Assembly (NCBI GenBank): GCA_044236265.1
Contig: JBIIGV010000060.1
Location: forward strand, 1 to 17,984
Direction: 5' to 3'
DNA length: 17,984 bases
Source: Oligoflexales bacterium
GTDB taxonomy: Bacteria > Bdellovibrionota_B > Oligoflexia > Oligoflexales > RGVZ01
How positions within the stretch are numbered: position 1 is the first letter of the stretch; each line of letters starts with the position of its first letter. Shown piece after piece: positions 1 to 7,260 of the stretch. The notes below the pieces were generated by a model, which worked only from the letters and a program-made list of their open reading frames with translations, had not been told where the DNA came from and ran no database searches. Position numbers and translations under genes: made by a program.

Positions 1-250
1 TGCTGTGGAGTCGTCGGAGTTGCTTGAATGTTTTATGTGGCTTACGCCTGAGCAAAGCGCGAACCTTTCGAAAGATCAACTTGCTCGCGTATCCGACGAG
101 ATTGGTGATGTTTTGATTTGTCTGGTTAATCTAGCTGCGCGTCTTGAAATTGATCCACTCGCAGCAGCTAGAGAAAAATTCAGAAAAAATGCTGAGAAGT
201 ATCCCGTCGAAAAATCAAAAGGATCAGCAAAGAAATATAATGAACTATAA
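1..250 (+). CDS. MazG-like nucleotide pyrophosphohydrolase (dCTP pyrophosphatase / RS21-C6-like), 5' end outside the window
   Basis: Frame is open to the left edge. Motifs E..ELLECF.W, DEIGDVLI.L..LA and K...N..KYPVEKSKG..KKY are typical of the all-alpha NTP pyrophosphatase MazG-like family. TAA stop at 248-250. Confidence 0.85.
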   Translation, partial: AVESSELLECFMWLTPEQSANLSKDQLARVSDEIGDVLICLVNLAARLEIDPLAAAREKFRKNAEKYPVEKSKGSAKKYNEL

Positions 251-265
251 GTCAGCCAATATAGA

Positions 266-1414
266 TTAATATTCTGGCGGCAGAATAAAGTTACTAAGTG
301 CGCTGTACCAAATGCCATTTTTCAAATCTGAGTCACCATGATTTAGATCAAATGGTAACGGCTGATCGAGATACTTCATTTCAAACCGAGTGTAGCCATC
401 TGTGATGCCTCGTTCAGCCCTATCCGTACCCCAGCTGTTTTTGACAACTAGATATTCCACGGTTCCGTCGAGGGCTTTTTCTTTCAAATCGTTGGAGACG
501 TCACCTTCGCCGATCCGGCCAACGCCAGGCACATTATTGACTACATAATCTTCCAAAACGATCAGATGACCACCTTGACCTTCCGAATAGCCTTTTTTCA
601 AATATAGATCGTATTCAAATGTGGAGTTTTTCTCGGTGTTGAGTGCGGCAAACTCAACCATACTGCTCATAATCACTGGGCTACGATCATTAACGGCCCG
701 TAAAACTCGCAAGAGTAGATTCGCCCTTCGTCGTTTAATAAGTCGCGGCTCACGAGCGTTTTCCCCAAAAAGTTGCGGATAAAACTCGTTTGACCAAGCA
801 TGACGTCCTCCCGCAATTTCATCGGCAAGCGTCAAGGGCTCATCATGAACGAGTTTGCCCGTTTGTAATTCATGGGCAGGTTTAATTTTGGAGTTTAGGC
901 TATTGATGTCGACGCCGAATGCTTTGTTTAGGGCTGCCTTGACGTTTTCAGGTGTGCGCTGACTTGGGTCCTTGAGGTCTCCTGATTTAAGTGCTTCATT
1001 TATCTGGATTTCGGCCGACCTTTGGACATCAGACATTTGGGCCTCTGCCTCTGCAGGCAGAAAATCACCCTCTAACATATACCCATGATTTCTGATGATG
1101 TTACTGGCAAGACGCCAAGATCCTCCGGTTTCGATTGTGCTACCAGAGCTGCCCACAATTTTGCGAAACCAATCCCAATAGGTCCAGTAGGACTCGGATA
1201 GGTTTACCGTATTTCCAGTGGCTGCTAGGTGCAACGACTCAGCCCATGTCGATGTCGCATAGAGCCAGCAGTTTCCGATGGACTGACGCTTGACCGGAGT
1301 GTGCCTTACATCCGACACCTTGATTGCTGAGCGCTGATTATTTTCTCCACAACTAACTGAAAACAATGAAAAAAATGTGAAAACAAGGGCTGGTGCTTGA
1401 TGTCTTAAGGTCAT
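266..1414 (-). CDS. Papain-like (C1 family) cysteine peptidase, probable lipoprotein
   Basis: Oxyanion Gln and catalytic Cys in QSIGNCWLYA, LSE motif (NLSESY), catalytic His in GGHLIVL, catalytic Asn in VKNSWG, followed by DGY. N-terminal hydrophobic stretch ends in a lipobox-like FSVSC. Confidence 0.85.
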   Translation of the reverse strand: MTLRHQAPALVFTFFSLFSVSCGENNQRSAIKVSDVRHTPVKRQSIGNCWLYATSTWAESLHLAATGNTVNLSESYWTYWDWFRKIVGSSGSTIETGGSWRLASNIIRNHGYMLEGDFLPAEAEAQMSDVQRSAEIQINEALKSGDLKDPSQRTPENVKAALNKAFGVDINSLNSKIKPAHELQTGKLVHDEPLTLADEIAGGRHAWSNEFYPQLFGENAREPRLIKRRRANLLLRVLRAVNDRSPVIMSSMVEFAALNTEKNSTFEYDLYLKKGYSEGQGGHLIVLEDYVVNNVPGVGRIGEGDVSNDLKEKALDGTVEYLVVKNSWGTDRAERGITDGYTRFEMKYLDQPLPFDLNHGDSDLKNGIWYSALSNFILPPEY

Positions 1415-1556
1415 GGGGTGAGCTCCACAATTTTCATTGAACCGAATCGGTTATTTTATAGGCAATAGAGACTGCTCAGATCGAGCGTTAGGTAACGTTG
1501 CGCCCCCCAATTGTCAACGTTTTTAATAAAATTTAGCTGTCATCTAGGCTTCAGTT

Positions 1557-1585
1557 TTGACGGACATCTCTGATGGGGGTATATT
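1557..1585 (+). promoter_or_regulatory. Putative sigma70-type promoter of the tol operon
   Basis: TTGACG (1557-1562), 17-nt spacer, TATATT (1580-1585), ending 66 nt upstream of the tolQ ATG. A GAGGGG Shine-Dalgarno-like element precedes the ATG. Confidence 0.6.
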
Positions 1586-1651
1586 ATGGGAAAGTTAAGA
1601 CTTTATTGGTTTTTTTAGCTCTGGCGGTCCCAGAGTTGTGAGGGGTGACGG

Positions 1652-2560
1652 ATGACTCTTAAGGCAGAGAGATTTCTGTTGGGCTTGGCTTTGGTCTGGG
1701 TGATCGGCGTTGGTAGTCCGGTTAACGCGATTGAATCAAAGGCTAATGTTCCTACTGCGGTGACAACGAGCCAAGACACAGCAAAATCCGATATGGCAAA
1801 GCCTGCTGCGATGGAATCTCAAACGGTCGTGCAAGCAGAGGACATGAATACCAGCCCGGGTGTCATTGCCAGAGCTTGGCAGTCAGGTTTCGTGGTCTTT
1901 ACCACTCTTCTGCTGTTGATCGGTTCTTCGATAGCGTGTTGGGTCATTATTGTCACGAAATGGAAAGACTTACAGAAGATTTCCCTTTGCAACGATGCAT
2001 TTGTGAAGTCTTTTTGGGAGTCTCGCTCCCTCAATGATTTAAACAGTCGCCTTCAGGAGTACCAATACAGTCCCGCCCGAGAGGTTTTTAGGAGTGGATA
2101 CGCAGAACTGGCGCGTAGCAATCAGATGCGCGAGCAGACTGCATCGACAGAGATAGCCATCGGCGCTGCAATGGATAATCTCAATCGGACGCTACAAAAA
2201 TCAAAAATACTTGAGCGAAAGCGATTGGAAAAAAATTTAAATTGGTTGGCGATCATCGCCTCCGTCGCTCCCTTTGTTGGATTGTTCGGAACTGTTTGGG
2301 GAATTATGAACTCCTTTGAGGGAATTGCCCGGTCCGGAAGTGCGAGTTTGGCAGCGGTAGCTCCAGGAATTGCAGAGGCCCTAACATCAACTGCCTTTGG
2401 TCTCGCAGCAGCTATTCCCGCCGTTATTGGCTACAATCTGTTCAACGGGAAATTACGATTTCAAATGATGGCAATTGACGGATTCTGTACGGACTTCTTG
2501 AACATCGTTGAACGTTATCTGGTGACTGAAAAAAATAAAACTTCAGAGAAGCAATCTTAA
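1652..2560 (+). CDS. tolQ: TolQ (MotA/TolQ/ExbB proton channel family) with an N-terminal extension
   Basis: LAIIASVAPFVGLFGTVWGIMNSF and VAPGIAEALTSTAFGLAAAIPAVIGYN are canonical TolQ/ExbB TM2 and TM3 motifs. First gene of a tolQ-R-A-B cluster. Confidence 0.9.
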   Translation: MTLKAERFLLGLALVWVIGVGSPVNAIESKANVPTAVTTSQDTAKSDMAKPAAMESQTVVQAEDMNTSPGVIARAWQSGFVVFTTLLLLIGSSIACWVIIVTKWKDLQKISLCNDAFVKSFWESRSLNDLNSRLQEYQYSPAREVFRSGYAELARSNQMREQTASTEIAIGAAMDNLNRTLQKSKILERKRLEKNLNWLAIIASVAPFVGLFGTVWGIMNSFEGIARSGSASLAAVAPGIAEALTSTAFGLAAAIPAVIGYNLFNGKLRFQMMAIDGFCTDFLNIVERYLVTEKNKTSEKQS

Positions 2561-2580
2561 ATCTGTGCAGGGAGCGATTT

Positions 2581-3018
2581 ATGGCCCTCGGACACATTAA
2601 CTTCAATAATAATGGCGACGATGGATCCGGAGACATTGCGGATATAAACGTCATACCACTGGTAGACGTTTTGCTCGTACTACTCATCATATTCATGGTT
2701 GCCGCACCTATCAGTATTGGTGGGATCAATATCGAGCTGCCAGTCAGCAAAGCTCGAGGGACGATCTCAGATGAAGATCGCGTGGTGTTGACCGTAAATC
2801 GCGACGGTGAGTTTTGGATGGATAAGACGAGGGTTCCAGCTCCAGCACTCAATGAAAAACTCAAGGCGATTTACCAGTTCCGCGAAAAGAAAGAGATATT
2901 CATTCGTGCTGATCGAGGTGTCATTTACAGTGCCGTGATCGATGCTATGAGCGCTGCCAAGGTTGCTGGTGTGACGAAGATTTCCATGCTGACACAACCG
3001 CCGGGTAAATCTGGATGA
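2581..3018 (+). CDS. tolR: TolR (ExbD/TolR family)
   Basis: DINVIPLVDVLLVLLIIFMVAAP with the conserved TM Asp, and IRADRGV.Y..VIDAM..AK.AGVTKI in the periplasmic domain. GGGAG RBS upstream. Confidence 0.9.
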   Translation: MALGHINFNNNGDDGSGDIADINVIPLVDVLLVLLIIFMVAAPISIGGINIELPVSKARGTISDEDRVVLTVNRDGEFWMDKTRVPAPALNEKLKAIYQFREKKEIFIRADRGVIYSAVIDAMSAAKVAGVTKISMLTQPPGKSG

Positions 3019-3022
3019 CAAG

Positions 3023-3937
3023 ATGATTGCTGCGACTTTAAAACCGGCATTTAAATATGAGTACGGCCCCGCATCTCTGACAAGAGAAGAGCCTGTGGGC
3101 ATGAAGCCCAGCAGGCGCTTTCGTCGTTACTCCCTAGGCATAGTTCTTATTGCTCATGCCTTGGTTTTATTCCTGAATCCAACATGGTTTTTCTCGCCAC
3201 CGGAATTCAACATGGAAGAAAGTTCTGTGGATGTCGACTTTGTTGGTGATTTAACTCTTAAAGCCCCCCAAGAGACGGCACTACCAAACTCGAAGCCGGC
3301 AGATGAGGCGAAGGTTCCAGCAAATCTGTTGCCGCAGTTGCCGAAAAAATTTGAAGTGGAAGAGGCCAAGCCCGTTGAAAAGTCTGTTGCCGAGGAAAAA
3401 GATCCCAAGGCAGAAGAGGCGCTGGCGAAAAAAGAGGTGGCGCCACCGGAAAAACTGGAGACTCCGAAAACTCAGGACGACCCGAACAAGGTTAGTCGCG
3501 AAGATCTGATGAAGCGTCTTGCGGTTGAAAAATTAAAGCGCGAAAATAAAATTGATCAGCAAATGAAGGCTCAAAAGAACGCCCTGGCAAAGCTCAAGGA
3601 AGATCTTCTGGCTGCACAAGCTAATCAGAATTCTGGAGGAGCTGGCAGTGCGGCAGGTTCTCTGCGAGCGAAGACCTATGCTGACCTTCTTAGAGCTGCA
3701 GTGAAACGCAATTTGTTTTTACCGAAGACGTTTGAGTATGATCAGGCGCAGCTTGTCACTCAACTGAGTGTTGTCATAAATCAAAAAGGCGAGCTCGTTG
3801 AAGTGAAGTTGTCACGATCCAGCGGTAACGGGGCCTATGACCAGGCTGCCATATCGGCGATTCAAAACTCCGTGCCGTTGCCGCAACCCCCAGCTGAAAT
3901 CGCTGGGCAAGTCATCACTTTTAATCTTTCGAAGTAG
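3023..3937 (+). CDS. tolA: TolA/TonB-family energy transducer
   Basis: Single N-terminal TM helix with His (IVLIAHALVLFL), Pro/Glu/Lys-rich linker and helical region, and a TonB-C/TolA-III-like C-terminus (INQKGEL..VKLSRSSGNGAYDQAAISAI...P.PQPP). Lies between tolR and tolB. Alternative start ATG at 3101. Confidence 0.8.
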   Translation: MIAATLKPAFKYEYGPASLTREEPVGMKPSRRFRRYSLGIVLIAHALVLFLNPTWFFSPPEFNMEESSVDVDFVGDLTLKAPQETALPNSKPADEAKVPANLLPQLPKKFEVEEAKPVEKSVAEEKDPKAEEALAKKEVAPPEKLETPKTQDDPNKVSREDLMKRLAVEKLKRENKIDQQMKAQKNALAKLKEDLLAAQANQNSGGAGSAAGSLRAKTYADLLRAAVKRNLFLPKTFEYDQAQLVTQLSVVINQKGELVEVKLSRSSGNGAYDQAAISAIQNSVPLPQPPAEIAGQVITFNLSK

Positions 3938-3960
3938 ACGAAAGTCGTGGGGAATCGGTT

Positions 3961-5355
3961 ATGAATACTAGGTTGGTAAATTTAAGTTTTATGCTTTTGT
4001 TGGTTTTTTTCGCGAACGCGGCAAGGGCTGGGAGCATTGTCGTCAATATTGACAGCCCGCAGTTTCGGGAAGTTGTGGCGGCTATCCCTGAATTTGGACT
4101 TGCGAAATCCGCATCTGACTCAGAGTCGCGGATTGTGGCTGGCGAGGCTCAAAAGGAACTACAGAGAATTTTGTCATTCACTGGAATTTTTAAAATTATG
4201 AGTGCTGCCGCATACAAGGAGCTGATGGATAAACCTGACCCCCGTTGGTTTTCTGATGAGGGTGTTGGCTCAGTCAGTGTACCTGACTGGAAGACGTTGG
4301 GTGTAGAGTCCTTGACCCTTGCTGAATTGTCTAAAGACGGCTCGTCAACCTGGTCACTGAAGATTCGGACTATTGATGTTGGACGCCGAGAGGTTCTGGT
4401 TGGTAAAAAATACTCTCAAATTGCTCGTAACCAAGTCATTTCAGTCGTTCGAAGATACGGTGATCAAATTCTTAGGGCATACACCGGAAAGTCAGGAATT
4501 TTTAATTCCAAGCTGGTGTTTGTTGGTCGGGTATCGGCAAACTCAGCCAAACAGATTTTTATTTCTGATTTTGATGGTAGTAGGCCCGTACAGATTTCTC
4601 GCGGCAATTACCCACACCTCTCTCCAAGTTTTAGTTTGGATGGTAAGTTTGTCACTTATACATCGTATGAAGCTGGAAATCCCGATTTGTACCTTTATGA
4701 TATCGCCTCTGGCTCCACGCGAAAGCTTTCGGGACACAAAGGAATTAACAGTGGGGGGAACTTTGCACCGTCTGGAAAAGTCCTGGCATTTACGGGATCT
4801 GTGAATGGTGATGCCGATATTTATACGATCGTGCCAGGTGGTGGCACGAGAAAATTATTTATCAGTGGATCAGGTTTGGATGTTGACCCAGCATTTTCTC
4901 CTGATGGAAGTAAGATCGCTTTTGTTAGTGGACGTTATGGAAATCCTCATATTTTCGTTGCCAGTTTAAATTGGTCGTCCCCCACGGAGCCGCGAGTTGA
5001 GGCTGATAAACGTTTAACCTATGCCGGTTGGTATAATGCAACGCCAGCCTGGACTCCCGAAGGCGACAGGATTGCATTTGCGGGGTACGACAAAGAAATT
5101 GATCGTTTTGACCTTTTTATGATGAACCCTGACGGCACAAAGCTTGAGAGATTAACACTACGTACGGGCGATAACGAGCGCCCATGGTTTTCTCCAAATG
5201 GGCAAAACATCGTCTTTATGTCTAATCGTACTGACGGTAAAAACGTTAAAAGCGTGCACCAGCTTTACATCATGAATCGAGACGGTGGAAATCAGCGCAA
5301 GCTTGATACAGGGCTCTACGAGGCACAAACCCCGTGCTGGGGACCCAATCTTTAA
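3961..5355 (+). CDS. tolB: TolB, Tol-Pal system beta-propeller protein
   Basis: Signal peptide (…ANAARA), TolB N-domain, YTGKSGIFNSKLVFV linker and repeated PD40 blades (PSFSLDG, FAPSG, PAFSPDG, PAWTPEG, PWFSPNG, PCWGP). Confidence 0.92.
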   Translation: MNTRLVNLSFMLLLVFFANAARAGSIVVNIDSPQFREVVAAIPEFGLAKSASDSESRIVAGEAQKELQRILSFTGIFKIMSAAAYKELMDKPDPRWFSDEGVGSVSVPDWKTLGVESLTLAELSKDGSSTWSLKIRTIDVGRREVLVGKKYSQIARNQVISVVRRYGDQILRAYTGKSGIFNSKLVFVGRVSANSAKQIFISDFDGSRPVQISRGNYPHLSPSFSLDGKFVTYTSYEAGNPDLYLYDIASGSTRKLSGHKGINSGGNFAPSGKVLAFTGSVNGDADIYTIVPGGGTRKLFISGSGLDVDPAFSPDGSKIAFVSGRYGNPHIFVASLNWSSPTEPRVEADKRLTYAGWYNATPAWTPEGDRIAFAGYDKEIDRFDLFMMNPDGTKLERLTLRTGDNERPWFSPNGQNIVFMSNRTDGKNVKSVHQLYIMNRDGGNQRKLDTGLYEAQTPCWGPNL

Positions 5356-5813
5356 GCTCGCTTGGACTTCACTAGATCAATGAGTTCAGCGGTCACAAAG
5401 GGTGCAGCGTTGAAAATGTGTGTAAGATTGTCGAATAGGGCGGGCTTTTTTCCTTCAATACCGTGACCAGCGAAAAGGATGGCCCAGCCCCCAACTTGCA
5501 TGCCGATGATGACAAGCCAGCGAATGCTGTCTGACAATTCCCATAGCCAAGGAACCATGGCAGCCAGACCAAGAATCCAAAGTGCAGCCAACCCGCCGTA
5601 CAATAAATTAAAGAAGACATACCAGAGAGAAAGTCCTCCAGCGATGATCCAGTGCGCACCAATGGCGCTACCGGCTATGTTCAGGGTCAAGTGTGATGCG
5701 GCACCTAATATGCTGAAGATGATGAAAGGCGTGCCAACAATATGCATGAGCTTGTTAGTCGGATGTGAATGATAGCTCCCATAAGACTCCATTTGTTTTT
5801 CAAAAAGTCCCAT
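5352..5813 (-). CDS. DUF962 / Mpo1-like membrane protein
   Basis: Y.SYHSHPTNKLMHIVGTP at the N-terminus and GW..LFAGHGIEGKKPALFDNL..AAPF at the C-terminus are family-typical His motifs, with several TM segments. Strong AGGAGG RBS. Confidence 0.85.
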   Translation of the reverse strand: MGLFEKQMESYGSYHSHPTNKLMHIVGTPFIIFSILGAASHLTLNIAGSAIGAHWIIAGGLSLWYVFFNLLYGGLAALWILGLAAMVPWLWELSDSIRWLVIIGMQVGGWAILFAGHGIEGKKPALFDNLTHIFNAAPFVTAELIDLVKSKRA

Positions 5814-5954
5814 GTATCCTCCTGCTCTTCTTATTATGACTTTGTTAGCAGTTTCCTTAAAACTTGATTATACTACGTTCTATAGAGACTTGAGACCATC
5901 TGTTTGATGGGCAGTCGATCGTTCCAGCTATTACTTTTTTAAAAGAGGTTGACC

Positions 5955-6209
5955 ATGGGTTTGATTGTTCGTCGCGTGCTGTTAAACGGGGTTATCATCG
6001 GTCTTTTTTTGTTAAACTCGTGTTCCGAGAAGAAAGCTGAGGAGCCCGTAGCAGCGCCAACGCCAGCTGAAGAGGTGCCCGCCGCACCAGCTGCACCTTT
6101 GGCTCCGGAAGCGCCTGAAGCACCAGTCGCCCCAGAAGCCACCGAAGCACCTGCCAAGAAGAAGGCGAAGACGACCAAGAAAAAAGCAAAAAAACCAGTC
6201 AAGAAATGA
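5955..6209 (+). CDS. Small lipoprotein, low-complexity (Pro/Glu/Ala repeats plus Lys-rich tail), function unknown
   Basis: GAGG RBS 6 nt before ATG 5955. Signal peptide II with basic n-region (RR), hydrophobic h-region and LLNSC lipobox. Followed immediately by a terminator. Confidence 0.75.
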   Translation: MGLIVRRVLLNGVIIGLFLLNSCSEKKAEEPVAAPTPAEEVPAAPAAPLAPEAPEAPVAPEATEAPAKKKAKTTKKKAKKPVKK

Positions 6210-6213
6210 ATTG

Positions 6214-6246
6214 AAAAAAAAGCCGACCCTCAGGGTCGGCTTTTTT
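6214..6246. terminator. Bidirectional rho-independent terminator
   Basis: A8-GCCGACCC-TCA-GGGTCGGC-T6: a perfect 8-bp GC-rich stem with A- and T-tracts on both sides, located between the convergent lipoprotein and fabH genes. Confidence 0.92.
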
Positions 6247-7244
6247 CATTGCTTCTGTAATAGAAGTGATCCCCAGGTAAGACCGGCTCCCACAACTGCG
6301 ATGACAATGTAGTCACCTGCCTTGTAGCGGTCCCAATTTTGGGACAATACCGATGGTGCGCCGCAAGCTCCCTGATTGCCTCGATCAACGACGTTATACA
6401 GGTGTTTTTCTGGGGGAACTCCCATCTTTTCCATGGCAGAAGTCAGCATTCTGTAATTTGCCTGATGTCCAATGAACCACTGGGCGTCAGCCGCCGTTAG
6501 TTTGTTTCGGGCTAGAATATCTTGAGCGGCTGCGATGGTCTTAGTGATGGCAAACTTCTGAACGGCGGCTCCGTTTTGATGAAAAAACTTTCCGTCTGGT
6601 AAGTGGATGTGTTCCCACCCACTTGGAGCCGACTCTACGAGACTATCAACAACTTTCAGTGAATCGGGACGATGTTTTGAGCTGACTGCTGCGGTAATCG
6701 AAGAATCACCAAAAAGAATCGAATTCCTGCGATCGCTGTAATCCACACGAGTCGTGTACCGTTCTGAACAGAAAATAGCACCTTCTTTGGTCATACCCGA
6801 TAGCATGAGACCGCGCATGACGTGGCATTGAACTACAAAAGTGCTACAAGCAGAATTGACATCAAATCCACGAACTCGTTCCATACCTAAATGGGCTGAG
6901 ATGGCGCAACCGCTAGCTGGAATATCATCGTCAGGAACGGAGGTTCCGCCAATGACTGTGTCAATATCTTCTGACACAATATGCGTGCGATTCATGGCCA
7001 TCTTCCAGGATTTTTCGCTCATACTGGCAATAGATTCAATGGCACCTTGATCTTTCAATTGAGCACGGTTGATTCTTCCGTGTCGCAACTCGGAAATCTG
7101 CTGAGGAGTCAGAACAGAGCGTCGTTCGACGATACCAACCCGCTCCTCGATCCAATCAGCAGCGGAGCCAATATCGAGTTTGTCGAAAAATTTGTTGTCG
7201 AGTACGTTTTCGGGGAAGTAATGCCCCATGCTGTAAATAAACAT
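6246..7244 (-). CDS. fabH: 3-oxoacyl-ACP synthase III (FabH/KAS III family)
   Basis: Cys-His-Asn triad in DVNSACSTF, GHQAN and RGNQGA, plus WIEERVGIVERR, LFGD and VGAGLTWGS. Start set at ATG 7244 (MFIYSMGHYFP) with an AAGGT RBS, 16 nt after the fabG stop. Confidence 0.88.
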   Translation of the reverse strand: MFIYSMGHYFPENVLDNKFFDKLDIGSAADWIEERVGIVERRSVLTPQQISELRHGRINRAQLKDQGAIESIASMSEKSWKMAMNRTHIVSEDIDTVIGGTSVPDDDIPASGCAISAHLGMERVRGFDVNSACSTFVVQCHVMRGLMLSGMTKEGAIFCSERYTTRVDYSDRRNSILFGDSSITAAVSSKHRPDSLKVVDSLVESAPSGWEHIHLPDGKFFHQNGAAVQKFAITKTIAAAQDILARNKLTAADAQWFIGHQANYRMLTSAMEKMGVPPEKHLYNVVDRGNQGACGAPSVLSQNWDRYKAGDYIVIAVVGAGLTWGSLLLQKQ

Positions 7245-7260
7245 TGGCTTACCTTGTGAA

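Noticed and set aside
1..250. MazG-like gene as an anti-phage nucleotide-depletion effector
   Set aside because: It looks like an ordinary house-cleaning pyrophosphatase. No defence genes are adjacent within the window and the upstream context is not visible.
1489..1517. Minus-strand sigma70 promoter for the peptidase (perfect TTGACA)
   Set aside because: The hexamer at 17-nt spacing (TACCTA) is a poor -10 match, so I did not call it as a feature.
4373..4804. 143-aa alternative-frame ORF within tolB, and similar nested ORFs in tolQ/R/A, the Omp85 gene and tamB
   Set aside because: They are fully nested in well-supported genes and show no family motifs.
6040..6160. Short repeated DNA units (ccagctg / gaagcacc) considered as a CRISPR or tandem array
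   Set aside because: They are degenerate and explained by Pro-Glu-Ala codon repeats. There is no constant repeat-spacer periodicity and no cas gene.
5939..6202. 87-aa hydrophobic Gly/Ala-rich minus-strand ORF
   Set aside because: It is the antisense mirror of the low-complexity lipoprotein gene, which has the RBS, lipobox and terminator.
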